In this document: positions 21,293-31,611 of the stretch, one piece after another
Layout of the letters: each line of letters starts with the position of its first letter
Position numbering within the stretch: position 1 is the stretch's first letter
From: Escherichia phage phiWec177
Direction: 5' to 3' (one strand)
DNA length: 64,000 bases
Sequence record: LC739532.1
Notes under the pieces: generated by a model
What the model was told of the DNA's origin: nothing
The model's input: only the letters and a program-made list of their open reading frames with translations
Databases searched by the model: none
Position numbers and translations under genes: made by a program

Positions 21293-21623
21293 AGCAAAAA
21301 AGCTATCTTATGATGACATTATCTCAGGTGCTAAATTAGGTGTTGACAGTATCGGACAAGATGTTAAGCACGGAGACACAGTTATGTACTGTGATGACCA
21401 AAGAGGCAGAAGTGCAATCTTGTTTGGAAGAATTGTTTGCAAGATGCGAGGCAATTACGTTGTTGCAGACATGGATGTGAATGTTACACAAAAACTTGAA
21501 ACACTTATGGATGATAATACATCATCATGGTTCTCCCTGAATTGTATGCACACTTCTTCAGTCACAAAAGTAAGTGATAAGTTTTACGATATGTGGCAGA
21601 ATGAGCAAATTTTCAAGATTTAA
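21285..21623 (+). CDS. hypothetical protein
   Basis: Track ORF. Confidence 0.35.
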   Translation: MSKAKKLSYDDIISGAKLGVDSIGQDVKHGDTVMYCDDQRGRSAILFGRIVCKMRGNYVVADMDVNVTQKLETLMDDNTSSWFSLNCMHTSSVTKVSDKFYDMWQNEQIFKI

Positions 21624-21627
21624 ACTA

Positions 21628-21651
21628 GGGAGCCTCTTCGGAGGCTCTTTT
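21628..21651 (+). terminator. rho-independent terminator
   Basis: GAGCCTC-TTCG-GAGGCTC then TTTTC. Confidence 0.6.
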
Positions 21652-21669
21652 CATCTGTAGGATTCAAAA

Positions 21670-23904
21670 ATGATTAAGACAATTAAAAAATCAAATGGTA
21701 CAGTAGTAAACTTTGACCCAGAAAGACTGAATAAGTGGGCATCATGGGCAGATAAGCGTGGAATTATCTGGTCAGAAGTCACTATGGAAGCTATGAAACG
21801 TGTCTATGAGGGTTGCACTACAAAAGAGATGCACCAAGCCATGATTGATGTTTGTGTTGATAAACAAACTCAAGAGTACTCAGATATGGCTGGACGGCTA
21901 CTTCTGGGGATTATCTACAAAGAAGCCTTTGGAGGCTTTACTAAGGTTCCTACGCTGATTACCTTCGTTAAAAATATGGAGAGAGCAGGACTTTGGGAGA
22001 AGATGGATTACTCACAGGAAGAGCTTGAATACCTGCAAGGTTACATCGTGCACTCAAAAGATATCTCTTACGGTTATGCAGTCTTGAAACAGTTCAGAGA
22101 CAAGTATGGTATCCGTGATATTAAAACGGGAAGACTTTTTGAGTCACCACAATTTATGTTTATGGGTATGGCTATGAAAGCCTTTGAGAAGCAACCAAAG
22201 CACCGTAGACTGCAAGATGTTATCAAGCTGTACACTTACCTATCTGACCTGAAGATTAACGCTCCTACACCTTATTTAAATGGTTTAAGAGCTACTAAAT
22301 CAGGTTATGCGTCATGCTGTTTGATTAAGGCAAATGATACTGCTGAATCACTTGGTATTGCTGCAAAGGTTGCTTATGATATGACTACAAAGCAAGCTGG
22401 TATTGGTATGCTGATGGAGACTCGCACTATTGGTGATGGTATCCGTCAAAATACTATTGAGCACATGGGTAAGCTACCTTATTACAAGCTTGTACGTTCA
22501 TCTGTAGAGGCAAATAAACAGAAGAGTCGTGGTGGTTCAGCTAATAACTTCTACACTGCTCTAGACCCGCAGATTGAAGATTTACTGCGTTTGAAGCACC
22601 CTACAACGGTTCCTTCTAAACGCATTAACGAGATGGACTACTCATTCGGCACAAACGATTATTTCTGGCAGTGTGTTCAGTATGATACAGATTGGTTGCT
22701 ATTCTCTTACAAAGATGCACCAAAACTCTATGACATGTTCTACACAGCATCTGCTGATGAGTTTGCTATGGCAGTTGGTCATGCAGTACATTCAGGTGTT
22801 AAACATAGACGAGTCAAGGCTCGTGAAATTGCTAAGCTGTTTATTCAACAGCGTTATGCTACAGGTCGTGTGTATCCATTCTTCACTAACAATGCGAACA
22901 CACATACACCATTTAAAGAACCATTGAAGATGTCAAATCTTTGTATGGAAGTTGTGTTGCCAGTGTATGGTTTTGAGAAAGAGACAGACCTTTACAGAGA
23001 TGATGCTGTGAAAGAGGATGGTGAGGTGGCTCTTTGCTTCCTAGCTAGTTTGGTTGCAGGGAGAATTTCAGAAGATGAATACGCTGACGTTGCTTATTAT
23101 GCTCTTGCAATGGTTGACTCCGTTATTGACCTTATGGATTATCCGTATCCGTCGATGCGTAACCATGTTCAGAAGCGTCGTTCTGTTGGGATTGGCCTTA
23201 CAAATGTGGCTCATTACCTTGCGAAGAACTACGTGAACTACTCTTCACGAGCAGGTAAAACGAAACTTCATGAACTTGCAGAGATGCACTCTTACTATCT
23301 GCATGAAGCCTCTCTGAGACTTGCTAAAGAGCGTGGTGTTCCAGAGTACATGAAGTTCACTAAGTACCCTGAAGGCTGGGTTCCTCCAAAGACAGCTAAC
23401 AAGAAGATTGATGAAAAGCATGATGCAAAACTACGATATGATTGGGATGACTTAGCACAACGTATCAAAGAAAATGGTGGAATCCGAAACTCTGTATTAG
23501 AAGCTTACATGCCTAATGAGAGTTCTTCACTAGCAACTAATACGACAAATGGCTTGTACCCAATTCGTGACTTTATTTTAACTAAAAAATCTGCAACTGG
23601 TAACGTACTGTTTATTGTTCCAGATTATGAAGAGTTGAAGTATGTCTATGAGATTGCTTGGGGTATTGACACCTTTGACCTGATTGATTGTTATGCAATT
23701 GTTCAAAAGTTCACTGGTCAAGCTATCTCTTCAGATTTCTATGTTGACTACGCAAAAGCTAAGAAGGTATCATTGGCTCAAGCTTTGAAGTACATGATTT
23801 ATGCCAACTCGGTAGGTATGAAAACCATGTACTACCTTAACAGCCGCATTGGTGTAGGTAAATCCGCACTGCAAGATGCTTATTGCGAGGGTTGTGGTGT
23901 TTAG
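21670..23904 (+). CDS. nrdA: ribonucleotide reductase class I large subunit
   Basis: 744 aa; N-terminal ATP-cone-like start; C-terminal ...CEGCGV as in NrdA. Confidence 0.9.
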   Translation: MIKTIKKSNGTVVNFDPERLNKWASWADKRGIIWSEVTMEAMKRVYEGCTTKEMHQAMIDVCVDKQTQEYSDMAGRLLLGIIYKEAFGGFTKVPTLITFVKNMERAGLWEKMDYSQEELEYLQGYIVHSKDISYGYAVLKQFRDKYGIRDIKTGRLFESPQFMFMGMAMKAFEKQPKHRRLQDVIKLYTYLSDLKINAPTPYLNGLRATKSGYASCCLIKANDTAESLGIAAKVAYDMTTKQAGIGMLMETRTIGDGIRQNTIEHMGKLPYYKLVRSSVEANKQKSRGGSANNFYTALDPQIEDLLRLKHPTTVPSKRINEMDYSFGTNDYFWQCVQYDTDWLLFSYKDAPKLYDMFYTASADEFAMAVGHAVHSGVKHRRVKAREIAKLFIQQRYATGRVYPFFTNNANTHTPFKEPLKMSNLCMEVVLPVYGFEKETDLYRDDAVKEDGEVALCFLASLVAGRISEDEYADVAYYALAMVDSVIDLMDYPYPSMRNHVQKRRSVGIGLTNVAHYLAKNYVNYSSRAGKTKLHELAEMHSYYLHEASLRLAKERGVPEYMKFTKYPEGWVPPKTANKKIDEKHDAKLRYDWDDLAQRIKENGGIRNSVLEAYMPNESSSLATNTTNGLYPIRDFILTKKSATGNVLFIVPDYEELKYVYEIAWGIDTFDLIDCYAIVQKFTGQAISSDFYVDYAKAKKVSLAQALKYMIYANSVGMKTMYYLNSRIGVGKSALQDAYCEGCGV

Positions 23905-24217
23905 TTTTAACAACTATGAGGGTCGTAAAAGACCCTCTAAAAATAACTTTGGAGAGACCATGAAAGATTTAATAGAAAAACATAAGCGACCTATATACTT
24001 GCTCCACAAGCCTCGGAAAACGATGTACTATGTGAGTAGCACAGACATGATGATAAAACAAAATGATGACTCATGGGTTGCTGGTATCTCTTACATCTCT
24101 ACAGCAGATTGTAAAATCTACGCAAGACCTTATGAGATGTTTAACAAAGAAAATTGGGAAGTTTTAGACAGAAAACAAGCCTTAGAAATGATAAAGAAAG
24201 GAGAAATCACATTATGA
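23876..24217 (+). CDS. hypothetical protein
   Basis: Track ORF between nrdA and nrdB; true start probably an internal Met near 23960. Confidence 0.3.
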   Translation: MLIARVVVFSFNNYEGRKRPSKNNFGETMKDLIEKHKRPIYLLHKPRKTMYYVSSTDMMIKQNDDSWVAGISYISTADCKIYARPYEMFNKENWEVLDRKQALEMIKKGEITL

Positions 24218-25287
24218 TTAACCAGCACCCAATCTTTTTAGGTGGTGAGAGAAAAACTTTTGACTCACTTAATAAACACTACCCAAAAATCTTTGAACTA
24301 TATAAGCAACAAAAAGCACAAGATTGGTCAGAAGATGAGTTCCCTTTTGAACAATCACGTCTTGATTTTGAGAGTGTTCCAGCATCTATGTCAGGTGTAA
24401 TGCTTGAGATTCTCAAGTGGCAATGGGAAGCAGATACTCAAGTTGCTAAGAGCTTGGCATTTGCCTTTGCACCCTTTATCTCTGATGACATCTATGCAAC
24501 TGCAATTATGAAGCAGTCTGAGATTGAAAACCTACATGCCCTTACTTACTCAGAGATTGTAAGGCAATGTATTAAAAACCCTGAAACAATCTTAGATGAG
24601 ATTAACCAGAATGTTGCTGTGCAAGACCGATTAAAAACTGTGAATCGTGTTCTTGAAGAATTACTGGATGAAGGGATAAATTACCGACTGAGTTATGTCC
24701 GTGATTCACTTCTGGACAAAGACCCTTTACACTTCCATAAAGTGATTCTAAAAGGTCTATTTGCAGTGACTGCACTTGAAGGTATATCTTTTATGGCATC
24801 CTTTGCATGTACTTTTGCACTTGATGCTCAAGATAAATTTCAGGGTATTGCTCAAGCTGTCCAGAAAATTATGCTTGACGAAATCCTTCACACTAAAATT
24901 GATATTGAAGTTTTAAAAGAAACTTTAAGAGATGATGAGTGGCAGAAAGCTTTTCAACAAATTCTTCCAGAGATTAAAGTAATCTTAGATGAAGTGGTTG
25001 AAAGTGAAGAGAAATGGTCGTATTATATCTTCTCCGAAGGACGTGCTGTAGTTGGGTTAAATACAAAGCTTCTTCATGAGTGGGTTTACTATAATGCTGC
25101 CCCACTGTATGACATGTTTGGCATTCCCAGAGATTTTGTAGCTCCTAAAGAACCACCTTTGAAGTATATGATTAAGAAGATGGAAATTGATAAAGAGCAG
25201 AATGCTAATCAGGAGCAACAGAACGGTGCGTATTTATTGAATACTGTTGTAGATGATTTGAATAGTGGATTTTTAGAGGTTCCTTAA
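24214..25287 (+). CDS. nrdB: ribonucleotide reductase class I small subunit
   Basis: Start moved to ATG 24214 (RBS AAAGGAGAAA); NrdB-like length and sequence; track ORF begins at 24154. Confidence 0.85.
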   Translation: MINQHPIFLGGERKTFDSLNKHYPKIFELYKQQKAQDWSEDEFPFEQSRLDFESVPASMSGVMLEILKWQWEADTQVAKSLAFAFAPFISDDIYATAIMKQSEIENLHALTYSEIVRQCIKNPETILDEINQNVAVQDRLKTVNRVLEELLDEGINYRLSYVRDSLLDKDPLHFHKVILKGLFAVTALEGISFMASFACTFALDAQDKFQGIAQAVQKIMLDEILHTKIDIEVLKETLRDDEWQKAFQQILPEIKVILDEVVESEEKWSYYIFSEGRAVVGLNTKLLHEWVYYNAAPLYDMFGIPRDFVAPKEPPLKYMIKKMEIDKEQNANQEQQNGAYLLNTVVDDLNSGFLEVP

Positions 25288-25529
25288 TGACTTATGTAAT
25301 TTACTCCAAAACTGGATGCCCTCAGTGTGAGACTGCAAAGAATTTTGCGAAAGCTCGTGGTATTGACCATGTTGTGAGAATGTTAGGGCAGGATTATGAA
25401 CTGCCAGACCTGATGGATATTGCACAGATGCCAGTTCGTCAGATGCCATTCATCATGAAAACTGACGGTCAAAACCTAAAACCTGTTGGAACGCTACAGA
25501 ATTTTATGACAGAGGTGAATAATGCTTAA
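25287..25529 (+). CDS. glutaredoxin-like protein (NrdH-type)
   Basis: 80 aa with CPQC redox motif. Confidence 0.7.
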   Translation: MTYVIYSKTGCPQCETAKNFAKARGIDHVVRMLGQDYELPDLMDIAQMPVRQMPFIMKTDGQNLKPVGTLQNFMTEVNNA

Positions 25530-25728
25530 ACGCCTTTGGGAAGGTTTGGTTGTTGATGCACCAGCTATTGTGATTGGTATGCTTGTTGTTAACCTATTTA
25601 CTGATTTTGAACAAGGTTCATTGTTTGGAGCCATGTTACTATGGGTTATCTTTGAAATATTAGAGATACAGCTAGGCATCACTGAAAAACTAAGAAAACT
25701 CGTTTCAAAGTTTTCTAAAAAGATTTAA
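25522..25728 (+). CDS. hypothetical small membrane protein
   Basis: Two hydrophobic segments. Confidence 0.35.
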   Translation: MLKRLWEGLVVDAPAIVIGMLVVNLFTDFEQGSLFGAMLLWVIFEILEIQLGITEKLRKLVSKFSKKI

Positions 25729-25735
25729 AATGAAA

Positions 25736-25759
25736 GGGTCTCTTCGGAGACCTTTTTAG
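25736..25759 (+). terminator. rho-independent terminator
   Basis: GGGTCTC-TTCG-GAGACC then TTTTT. Confidence 0.6.
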
Positions 25760-25776
25760 CATGTAAAGGGGCAATA

Positions 25777-26973
25777 ATGAACAAAGTACAGATTATTAAA
25801 AAGAATGGCTCACTTGAAGAACCTGATATCAAAAAAGTTTTAGCAGCAGTAACTAAGTCAGCTAACAGGGTTGGATATAAAGAACTCCCACCAGATGTTA
25901 CCCAAGCTCTTGAGTCAGCATTTATGAGGATTCTGGTAAAGTCCACTAAGCAGAATAATTTGCTGATTTCTGTAAATGATATTCACAGTATTGTTGAGGG
26001 TGCTTTGGCAGAAGTCAATCACGAGATTTATGAGTCTTACTCAACATATAGAAATTACCGTAAAGAAGTTGCTCAAAATTGGGATGAACTCTACCAGAAG
26101 ACCAAAGATACACTCTTCTTAGGCGACAGAGAGAATGCTAACTTTGACAGCAGTTTAATTTCTACAAAAGGTTCAATTATTCGTGGTTATCTGACTAAAG
26201 AAATCTTTAAGCAGTACCACTTAACACCAGAGGAACTTGAAGCCATTGAAAAAGGGTTTATCTACATCCATGACTTAAGAGACCTAATTTTTGGTGGTAT
26301 CAACTGTTGTCTGTTTGACATCGGTAAAGTACTGAAAGGTGGCTTTGAAATGTCTGGCATTGAATACTGTGAACCAAAGTCTGTGCTGTCGGCCTTACAG
26401 GTTATTGGTGACATAGTTCTTTCAGCAACTGCACAGCAATTTGGTGGTTTTACTTTAGCAGAGATTGATAAGGTACTTGTACCGTATGCTAAGAAGTCTC
26501 TACGCTATCATGCTGAGAAAGCAGCATCTTATGGTATTCCTAAAGAGCATTACCACAATTATGTCATGGAGCAGCTACAGATTGAACTGACTCAAGGTTT
26601 CCAGTCACTTGAAATGAAACTAAACACTGTACCTTGTAGTCGTGGGGATTTTGCATTTACAACTTTGACATTCGGGTTACTTGATTCAGATATGTCCAAT
26701 GAAGATAACCGACTGCAATATATGATTGCAAGTACTCTCCTAGATGTTCGTATGAATGGACAAGGTAAGAGCAAGAAACCTGTTGTATTCCCTAAACTGG
26801 TTTATATTTATGACCAGAAGAGACATAATGAGAATATCTGTCAATGCCACCTGTACAGTAAAGCTATTGAGTGTTGCTCTAAAGCAATGTATCCAGATTT
26901 CTTAAGTGTGTCTGGTCATGGGGCTGTAGCAGAGGCTTTTGAGCGTTCTGGCAAGGTTATTTCGCCGATGGGT
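25777..26973 (+). CDS. nrdD: anaerobic ribonucleotide reductase, exon 1
   Basis: ATP-cone start MNKVQIIKKNGSLE; exon ends ...KVISPMG immediately before in-frame TAA. Confidence 0.85.
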
Positions 26974-27715
26974 TAACAGGCTCTATAGCTCATCTAAAAC
27001 GTGCCTAAACAGGGAAACTCTACATATGTAGACAATCCTGTGCTAAATGATGTACGATGTAAGAAACTATACAACATAGGAGTCTTACATGCCAAACTAT
27101 CACGTCACTGAAGATGGAAAAGTCTTTAGGGAAAATGGTGTAGAGCTTACGCAGTGGAAATCCAACACTGGGTATATGAAAGTGAGGTTTTACGGTAAGA
27201 AGAATCGTGACATGTATGTCCACAGGTTAGTTGCTGAGAAGTATGTACCTAACCCAAATAATCTTCCAATTGTAAAACATAAGGACGATAACAAACTAAA
27301 TAACCACGCATCTAACTTAGAATGGGGTACTCATTCTGAGAATGCTAAAGAAGGTTATGAGAACGGATGCTACAAGTTCCAAAAGCGTTCATATGCCGTG
27401 AAAGCCACACACAAAGTGACAAAGGAAGTTATTGTTGCTAAGTCAATACGAGAGTTATCCAATATACTTGGACACAATCGCAAGACCATCTCTTCAATAT
27501 TGAAGGGTGTGAAAGAGCATAATAACTTTGAGTATGAGTTTGAATACATCTAAATGCCGAACGACTAACCGTGATGAATGTAGCGGTGTAGGGTCAAGCG
27601 ACTCGAAATGGTACGCTACTTAGAAATAAGTAGAAGATATAGTCTGGACTTACTGGCGACAGTAAGCAGCTTGAATAAAGCGGGGTAAGCTTAGCGAACT
27701 TACCTGAACAACAAG
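26974..27715 (+). mobile_element. group I intron in nrdD carrying an HNH homing endonuclease gene
   Basis: Exon 1 ends with U; internal guide GCTCATC near intron 5' end pairs with exon end GATGGGT; S-like element AGAAGATATAGTCTGG; intron ends with G before TGT of exon 2. Confidence 0.75.
27089..27553 (+). CDS. intron-encoded HNH homing endonuclease
   Basis: 154 aa; HKDDNKLNNHASNLEWGTHSEN HNH core. Confidence 0.75.
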   Translation: MPNYHVTEDGKVFRENGVELTQWKSNTGYMKVRFYGKKNRDMYVHRLVAEKYVPNPNNLPIVKHKDDNKLNNHASNLEWGTHSENAKEGYENGCYKFQKRSYAVKATHKVTKEVIVAKSIRELSNILGHNRKTISSILKGVKEHNNFEYEFEYI

Positions 27716-28663
27716 TGTAGAGCATTTTTATCACCATACTATAACGAATATGGTGAAGAGTTTTATGTAGGTCGTGCAAACATTGGTGCTGTATCTTTGA
27801 ACTTACCGATGATTTACCAGTATTCTAAAGAGAATGGTTTAGATTTCTGGAAAGAGCTTGATAAGTACCTAGAAATAATTCGCAGCTTCCACAAGAAACG
27901 CTACGAAATGATTGCTAATATGCCAGCAAGTTCTAACCCTCTTGCATTTACACAAGGTGGTCTGTATAAAGGAACTAAGAATCCTACTGACAGGGTTGGT
28001 TGGGATATTGTGAAGTCCTTCACAGCTTCTTTTGGGGTTACTGCGCTTGATGAGCTATCTGTTCTTGCTGAAGGTAAACGGCTTCATGAAGTTGGAAGCT
28101 GTAGTTTTACATACGATGTTCTGGCATACATTAACATGAAAACTGAAGAGTTTAAAAATGAAGACGGCTTCTTATATGCCGTCTATGGTACTCCAGCAGA
28201 ATCACTTTGCGGAACTCAGCTAAAACAGTTCAGAGATATGTTTGGCGTTATCAAAGGTGTTTCTGATAAGGAATACTTTACAAACAGTTTCCATATGAAT
28301 GTTGCAGCAGACATATCACCATTTGAGAAGCAGGACTTAGAAGAGCCATTCTTCCATATCTGTAGAGGTGGGAGAATCCAGTATGTCAGGGTAGCTAACC
28401 CAGAAAACTTAACAGCACTTAAAAGTTGTATTACCAGAGGGATGTTGAAAGGTTTTTATCAGGGGCTTAACTTTGACTTAGCAATCTGTGAACATTGTGG
28501 TAACAGACCAAAGGCTGATGTTGAAGAATGTGAGGTTTGCCATTCACATGATATCTCTGTGATTAACAGGGTGTGTGGGTATCTTGGATGGACTAAGATT
28601 AAAGGTGAATCCCGAATGAACGATGCAAAAATCGCTGAGATTCGTGATAGAGTCTCTATGTAA
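27716..28663 (+). CDS. nrdD: anaerobic ribonucleotide reductase, exon 2
   Basis: Continues CRAFLSPYYNEYGEE...; C-terminal glycyl-radical site RVCGYLG; track ORF starts at 27797. Confidence 0.85.
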   Translation, partial: CRAFLSPYYNEYGEEFYVGRANIGAVSLNLPMIYQYSKENGLDFWKELDKYLEIIRSFHKKRYEMIANMPASSNPLAFTQGGLYKGTKNPTDRVGWDIVKSFTASFGVTALDELSVLAEGKRLHEVGSCSFTYDVLAYINMKTEEFKNEDGFLYAVYGTPAESLCGTQLKQFRDMFGVIKGVSDKEYFTNSFHMNVAADISPFEKQDLEEPFFHICRGGRIQYVRVANPENLTALKSCITRGMLKGFYQGLNFDLAICEHCGNRPKADVEECEVCHSHDISVINRVCGYLGWTKIKGESRMNDAKIAEIRDRVSM

Positions 28664-28816
28664 AACTTGACAAGGTGATGTGGGTCTTGATAGGCTTACA
28701 TCACCTTTTTATTGGATGTTAGATATGACAGATAGTATTATTGGGTTGTTCATAGGTTCTGTCTTACTGGGGTTCTTTTTAGGACTCTCTTATTGTGAAT
28801 TGAGAGATAAGTTAAA

Positions 28817-29017
28817 ATGTTTAAGATATCAAAAGCGTTGATATACATACTCCACATTCTAATCTTCTTCTTTGGTGTTAGCGTTATGGTATGGGGTTTT
28901 TCAGACCCACAATGGAGTTTCTCATATCATGGTCAGATGGATTTATGGTCATGCTTCAAACCATTTTTAGGATTAGCTATAGCATTCAGTGCATTACCAA
29001 CTAAGGTGAAATTATGA
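28817..29017 (+). CDS. hypothetical small membrane protein
   Basis: Track ORF, hydrophobic. Confidence 0.3.
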   Translation: MFKISKALIYILHILIFFFGVSVMVWGFSDPQWSFSYHGQMDLWSCFKPFLGLAIAFSALPTKVKL

Positions 29018-29409
29018 TTAAGTTGAACCAAAAACAGTTAGAGTGGATTAAAGATTACGCCTCAGAGTGTGGCTCTTGTGAAAAGAACCACGTAAGATAC
29101 TCAACATTCCATACGACCTTCACATTGTATATCGGTGACAATGTTCTAAGTGATTCTGTAGAAGATGGTGTAGCATTGCCTAATGAATTGCTTGACAAAT
29201 TAGCTGTAGTCACTGGAACTTGGTCTGAAGAAGATGGGCATGAACTATCTAACGCTGTTGTCTTCTACACCCTTGAAAACATCATGAACCCAGAGTACAT
29301 TATGCTAATGACTTGCGCACAAGATTGTGTACCATTACAAAACTTCATTAAAGAACACTGTGAAGAATTTATTACTAAACAGGTTCCTTGTCAGGTAGTG
29401 TTTGAATGA
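29014..29409 (+). CDS. hypothetical protein
   Basis: Track ORF. Confidence 0.35.
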   Translation: MIKLNQKQLEWIKDYASECGSCEKNHVRYSTFHTTFTLYIGDNVLSDSVEDGVALPNELLDKLAVVTGTWSEEDGHELSNAVVFYTLENIMNPEYIMLMTCAQDCVPLQNFIKEHCEEFITKQVPCQVVFE

Positions 29410-29444
29410 GTAAAACAATTAAATAGTCTTGGTGAGGTAACTAG

Positions 29445-29930
29445 ATGAATTACATGGAGATTCGACCATTTGACACAGCTAATGGTGAAGGGGTTCGGGT
29501 AAGCCTCTTCGTAGCTGGCTGTAAACATCACTGTGAAGGCTGCTTTAACAGGGAGTCTTGGAAGTTTAATGCTGGTAAAGAGTTTACTTATGCAAACCTC
29601 TACGGCATCATTAAGTTAATGGATGATAAGGCCATTAGTGGGTTGTCAATACTTGGTGGAGAGCCTCTGGATGACAGAAACATTCAAGAGGTCACCAACA
29701 TATGCAAACGTATTAAAACTGTTTACCCAGAAAAATCTATATGGCTTTGGACAGGTTTTCAGTTACACGAAAAAATCCACCTAGATGTGATGAAATATGT
29801 TGACGTGGTGATTGATGGTAAGTATGATTCATCTAAACCAACAGTTAAACCGTATCGTGGTTCTGATAACCAAAACCTCTGGAGAAAAGAGTATGGGTGG
29901 CAAGGCGATTGTCAATGGCGAGCAGAATGA
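29445..29930 (+). CDS. nrdG: anaerobic ribonucleotide reductase activating protein (radical SAM)
   Basis: 161 aa with CKHHCEGC cluster (CxxxCxxC). Confidence 0.75.
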   Translation: MNYMEIRPFDTANGEGVRVSLFVAGCKHHCEGCFNRESWKFNAGKEFTYANLYGIIKLMDDKAISGLSILGGEPLDDRNIQEVTNICKRIKTVYPEKSIWLWTGFQLHEKIHLDVMKYVDVVIDGKYDSSKPTVKPYRGSDNQNLWRKEYGWQGDCQWRAE

Positions 29931-30168
29931 TTATTCTGGCAAGTGGACTTATGACATCAACAAGTTAGATGCCTGGATTATTTATACAAGAGAAAAATTT
30001 GGTGCACATTCATTATGTGCTCTTGCAACGATTGTAAAGAATGTCACCTTTGTCATACACGAGTCAGATAAATTTGGAGACTTCTACAGGATTCAAAACA
30101 TGAGAGAGGGTATCACTCCAATAGGAATCACTGAAGAAGAACTTCATAAGTTCTGTATTAAACTTTAA
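29893..30168 (+). CDS. hypothetical protein
   Basis: Internal Met of track ORF 29812-30168; overlaps nrdG end in another frame. Confidence 0.25.
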   Translation: MGGKAIVNGEQNDYSGKWTYDINKLDAWIIYTREKFGAHSLCALATIVKNVTFVIHESDKFGDFYRIQNMREGITPIGITEEELHKFCIKL

Positions 30169-30183
30169 TGAGAGAGACTAAAA

Positions 30184-30450
30184 ATGGGAATTTTAGGTAA
30201 TATGAAAGCTGGTTTCTTAGCTGCACTGGCAAAAGCAGCAGCAATTGTTTCTATGACTGGAAAGCAGGTCGGTGTAGATGCTTCAGCGGTTGCACAGGTT
30301 CTTACAAGCCAAATTGAACAGCAGCCTTACATCTATGTAGGCCGTGGCAAAGGTGGTAAGAAACAAGCCCACCGTCCGTCTGGTGCAGCAGCTATTAAAC
30401 GAGCAGCTAAGAAAGCTCGTAACCGTAAACGTAATAAGAAGGCTAAATAA
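30184..30450 (+). CDS. hypothetical protein with basic C-terminus
   Basis: Track ORF; C-terminal KRAAKKARNRKRNKKAK. Confidence 0.35.
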   Translation: MGILGNMKAGFLAALAKAAAIVSMTGKQVGVDASAVAQVLTSQIEQQPYIYVGRGKGGKKQAHRPSGAAAIKRAAKKARNRKRNKKAK

Positions 30451-30452
30451 TC

Positions 30453-30773
30453 ATGAGCAAAGTTTATAACACTCGTAAATTACAGATTTTCTTACTGTGC
30501 CAGTTTATGGCTAGAGAGCATAACTCCTACTATTGTGGTACAGGATTCATTAGTGATAATGATGGCTCATATCTCCCATTCAAAGAGGCTGTAAAACTCT
30601 TCAATGAAGAGAAAAGCTCTGAGAAAGATATTGAAAAGGTTAAATTAACCTATAGTAAGAAAGATAAGAAGATTATCTGCCTAGACAACTTTGTGAAAGT
30701 TACCAAAGAAACTAAAGAGTTAATGGAAGAAAGTGAAATTCCATTCACAAGAATCTTGAAAGTAGCTCAGTAA
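30453..30773 (+). CDS. hypothetical protein
   Basis: Track ORF. Confidence 0.35.
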   Translation: MSKVYNTRKLQIFLLCQFMAREHNSYYCGTGFISDNDGSYLPFKEAVKLFNEEKSSEKDIEKVKLTYSKKDKKIICLDNFVKVTKETKELMEESEIPFTRILKVAQ

Positions 30774-30785
30774 GCAGATACTATA

Positions 30786-30815
30786 AGGGAACTGTAAAGG
30801 TTCCCTTTTTATTTT
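30786..30815 (+). terminator. rho-independent terminator
   Basis: AGGGAAC-loop-GTTCCCT then TTTTT. Confidence 0.6.
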
Positions 30816-30824
30816 GGAGATAAT

Positions 30825-31340
30825 ATGTATCTGTCAAATCTGAAACGTTCTGCTGCAATGTCAGTGTTAAGACTCAGTTTTGAGGAACGTCAAGAGTTCA
30901 TTGACTCTCACCAATACGACCCTTCCAACTCCAATCACATGATTCTCTGGAATCGTGAGAGTACTCGTGAAAGAGCATTATTTCGATATTACCCACACTA
31001 TACCATAGACAACCTATATGAATGCTTTGTTGTGAAGAACACCATTACAGTACTCAATAAACTTTGCAGATACACAGGCAGTCAATCCTTCACATTAGGT
31101 CACCACAAACCTGTTACAAAAGGTGGTGAACATCACTGTGCAAACTGGTTTATCCAGACTAAACTTGATAACCAGAAGCAAGGGGATAGTCTTTTAAGTA
31201 CCCCTAAGATGACCTACGAAGAGCAAGAGAAATATATCAAAAATAATATGCCAGATGTGCTTGACAACCACTATACAGATTTGGCAATATCTCTCCTGTT
31301 GAAGTTCGAGACAGTTTATAGGGCAACTTACAATGGCTAA
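30825..31340 (+). CDS. HNH-like nuclease domain protein
   Basis: GHHKPVTKGGEHHCANW...N spacing resembles the HNH core. Confidence 0.45.
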   Translation: MYLSNLKRSAAMSVLRLSFEERQEFIDSHQYDPSNSNHMILWNRESTRERALFRYYPHYTIDNLYECFVVKNTITVLNKLCRYTGSQSFTLGHHKPVTKGGEHHCANWFIQTKLDNQKQGDSLLSTPKMTYEEQEKYIKNNMPDVLDNHYTDLAISLLLKFETVYRATYNG

Positions 31341-31611
31341 AGAAAAGTGGGAGATTTTACCATTAGTCAGTGAAGGAGGTAATGGTTGTGAAATGTACAT
31401 GATACGTGGTCATGTTCCAGAGCCAATTGCACTTGAGATGGTAAACAACTTTACAGATGGTTCTTACAAAGACTTAGGAGAGCCAACTATAAAGCAGCAA
31501 TGGGTAAAGCCTGTACCAGACAGCACAGGTAACTGTAGTGTACTTTATCACGTTGTAGACCCTGCAAAATGCAAATCTGCAATGGCAGTAACAAACGTAA
31601 CTTTTGATTGA
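31333..31611 (+). CDS. hypothetical protein
   Basis: Track ORF. Confidence 0.3.
   Translation: MAKEKWEILPLVSEGGNGCEMYMIRGHVPEPIALEMVNNFTDGSYKDLGEPTIKQQWVKPVPDSTGNCSVLYHVVDPAKCKSAMAVTNVTFD

Noticed and set aside
26974-27715. nrdD disrupted by frameshift or insertion
   Set aside because: Boundaries fit group I intron rules and the inserted ORF is an HNH endonuclease; joined exons give a continuous NrdD with the glycyl-radical motif.
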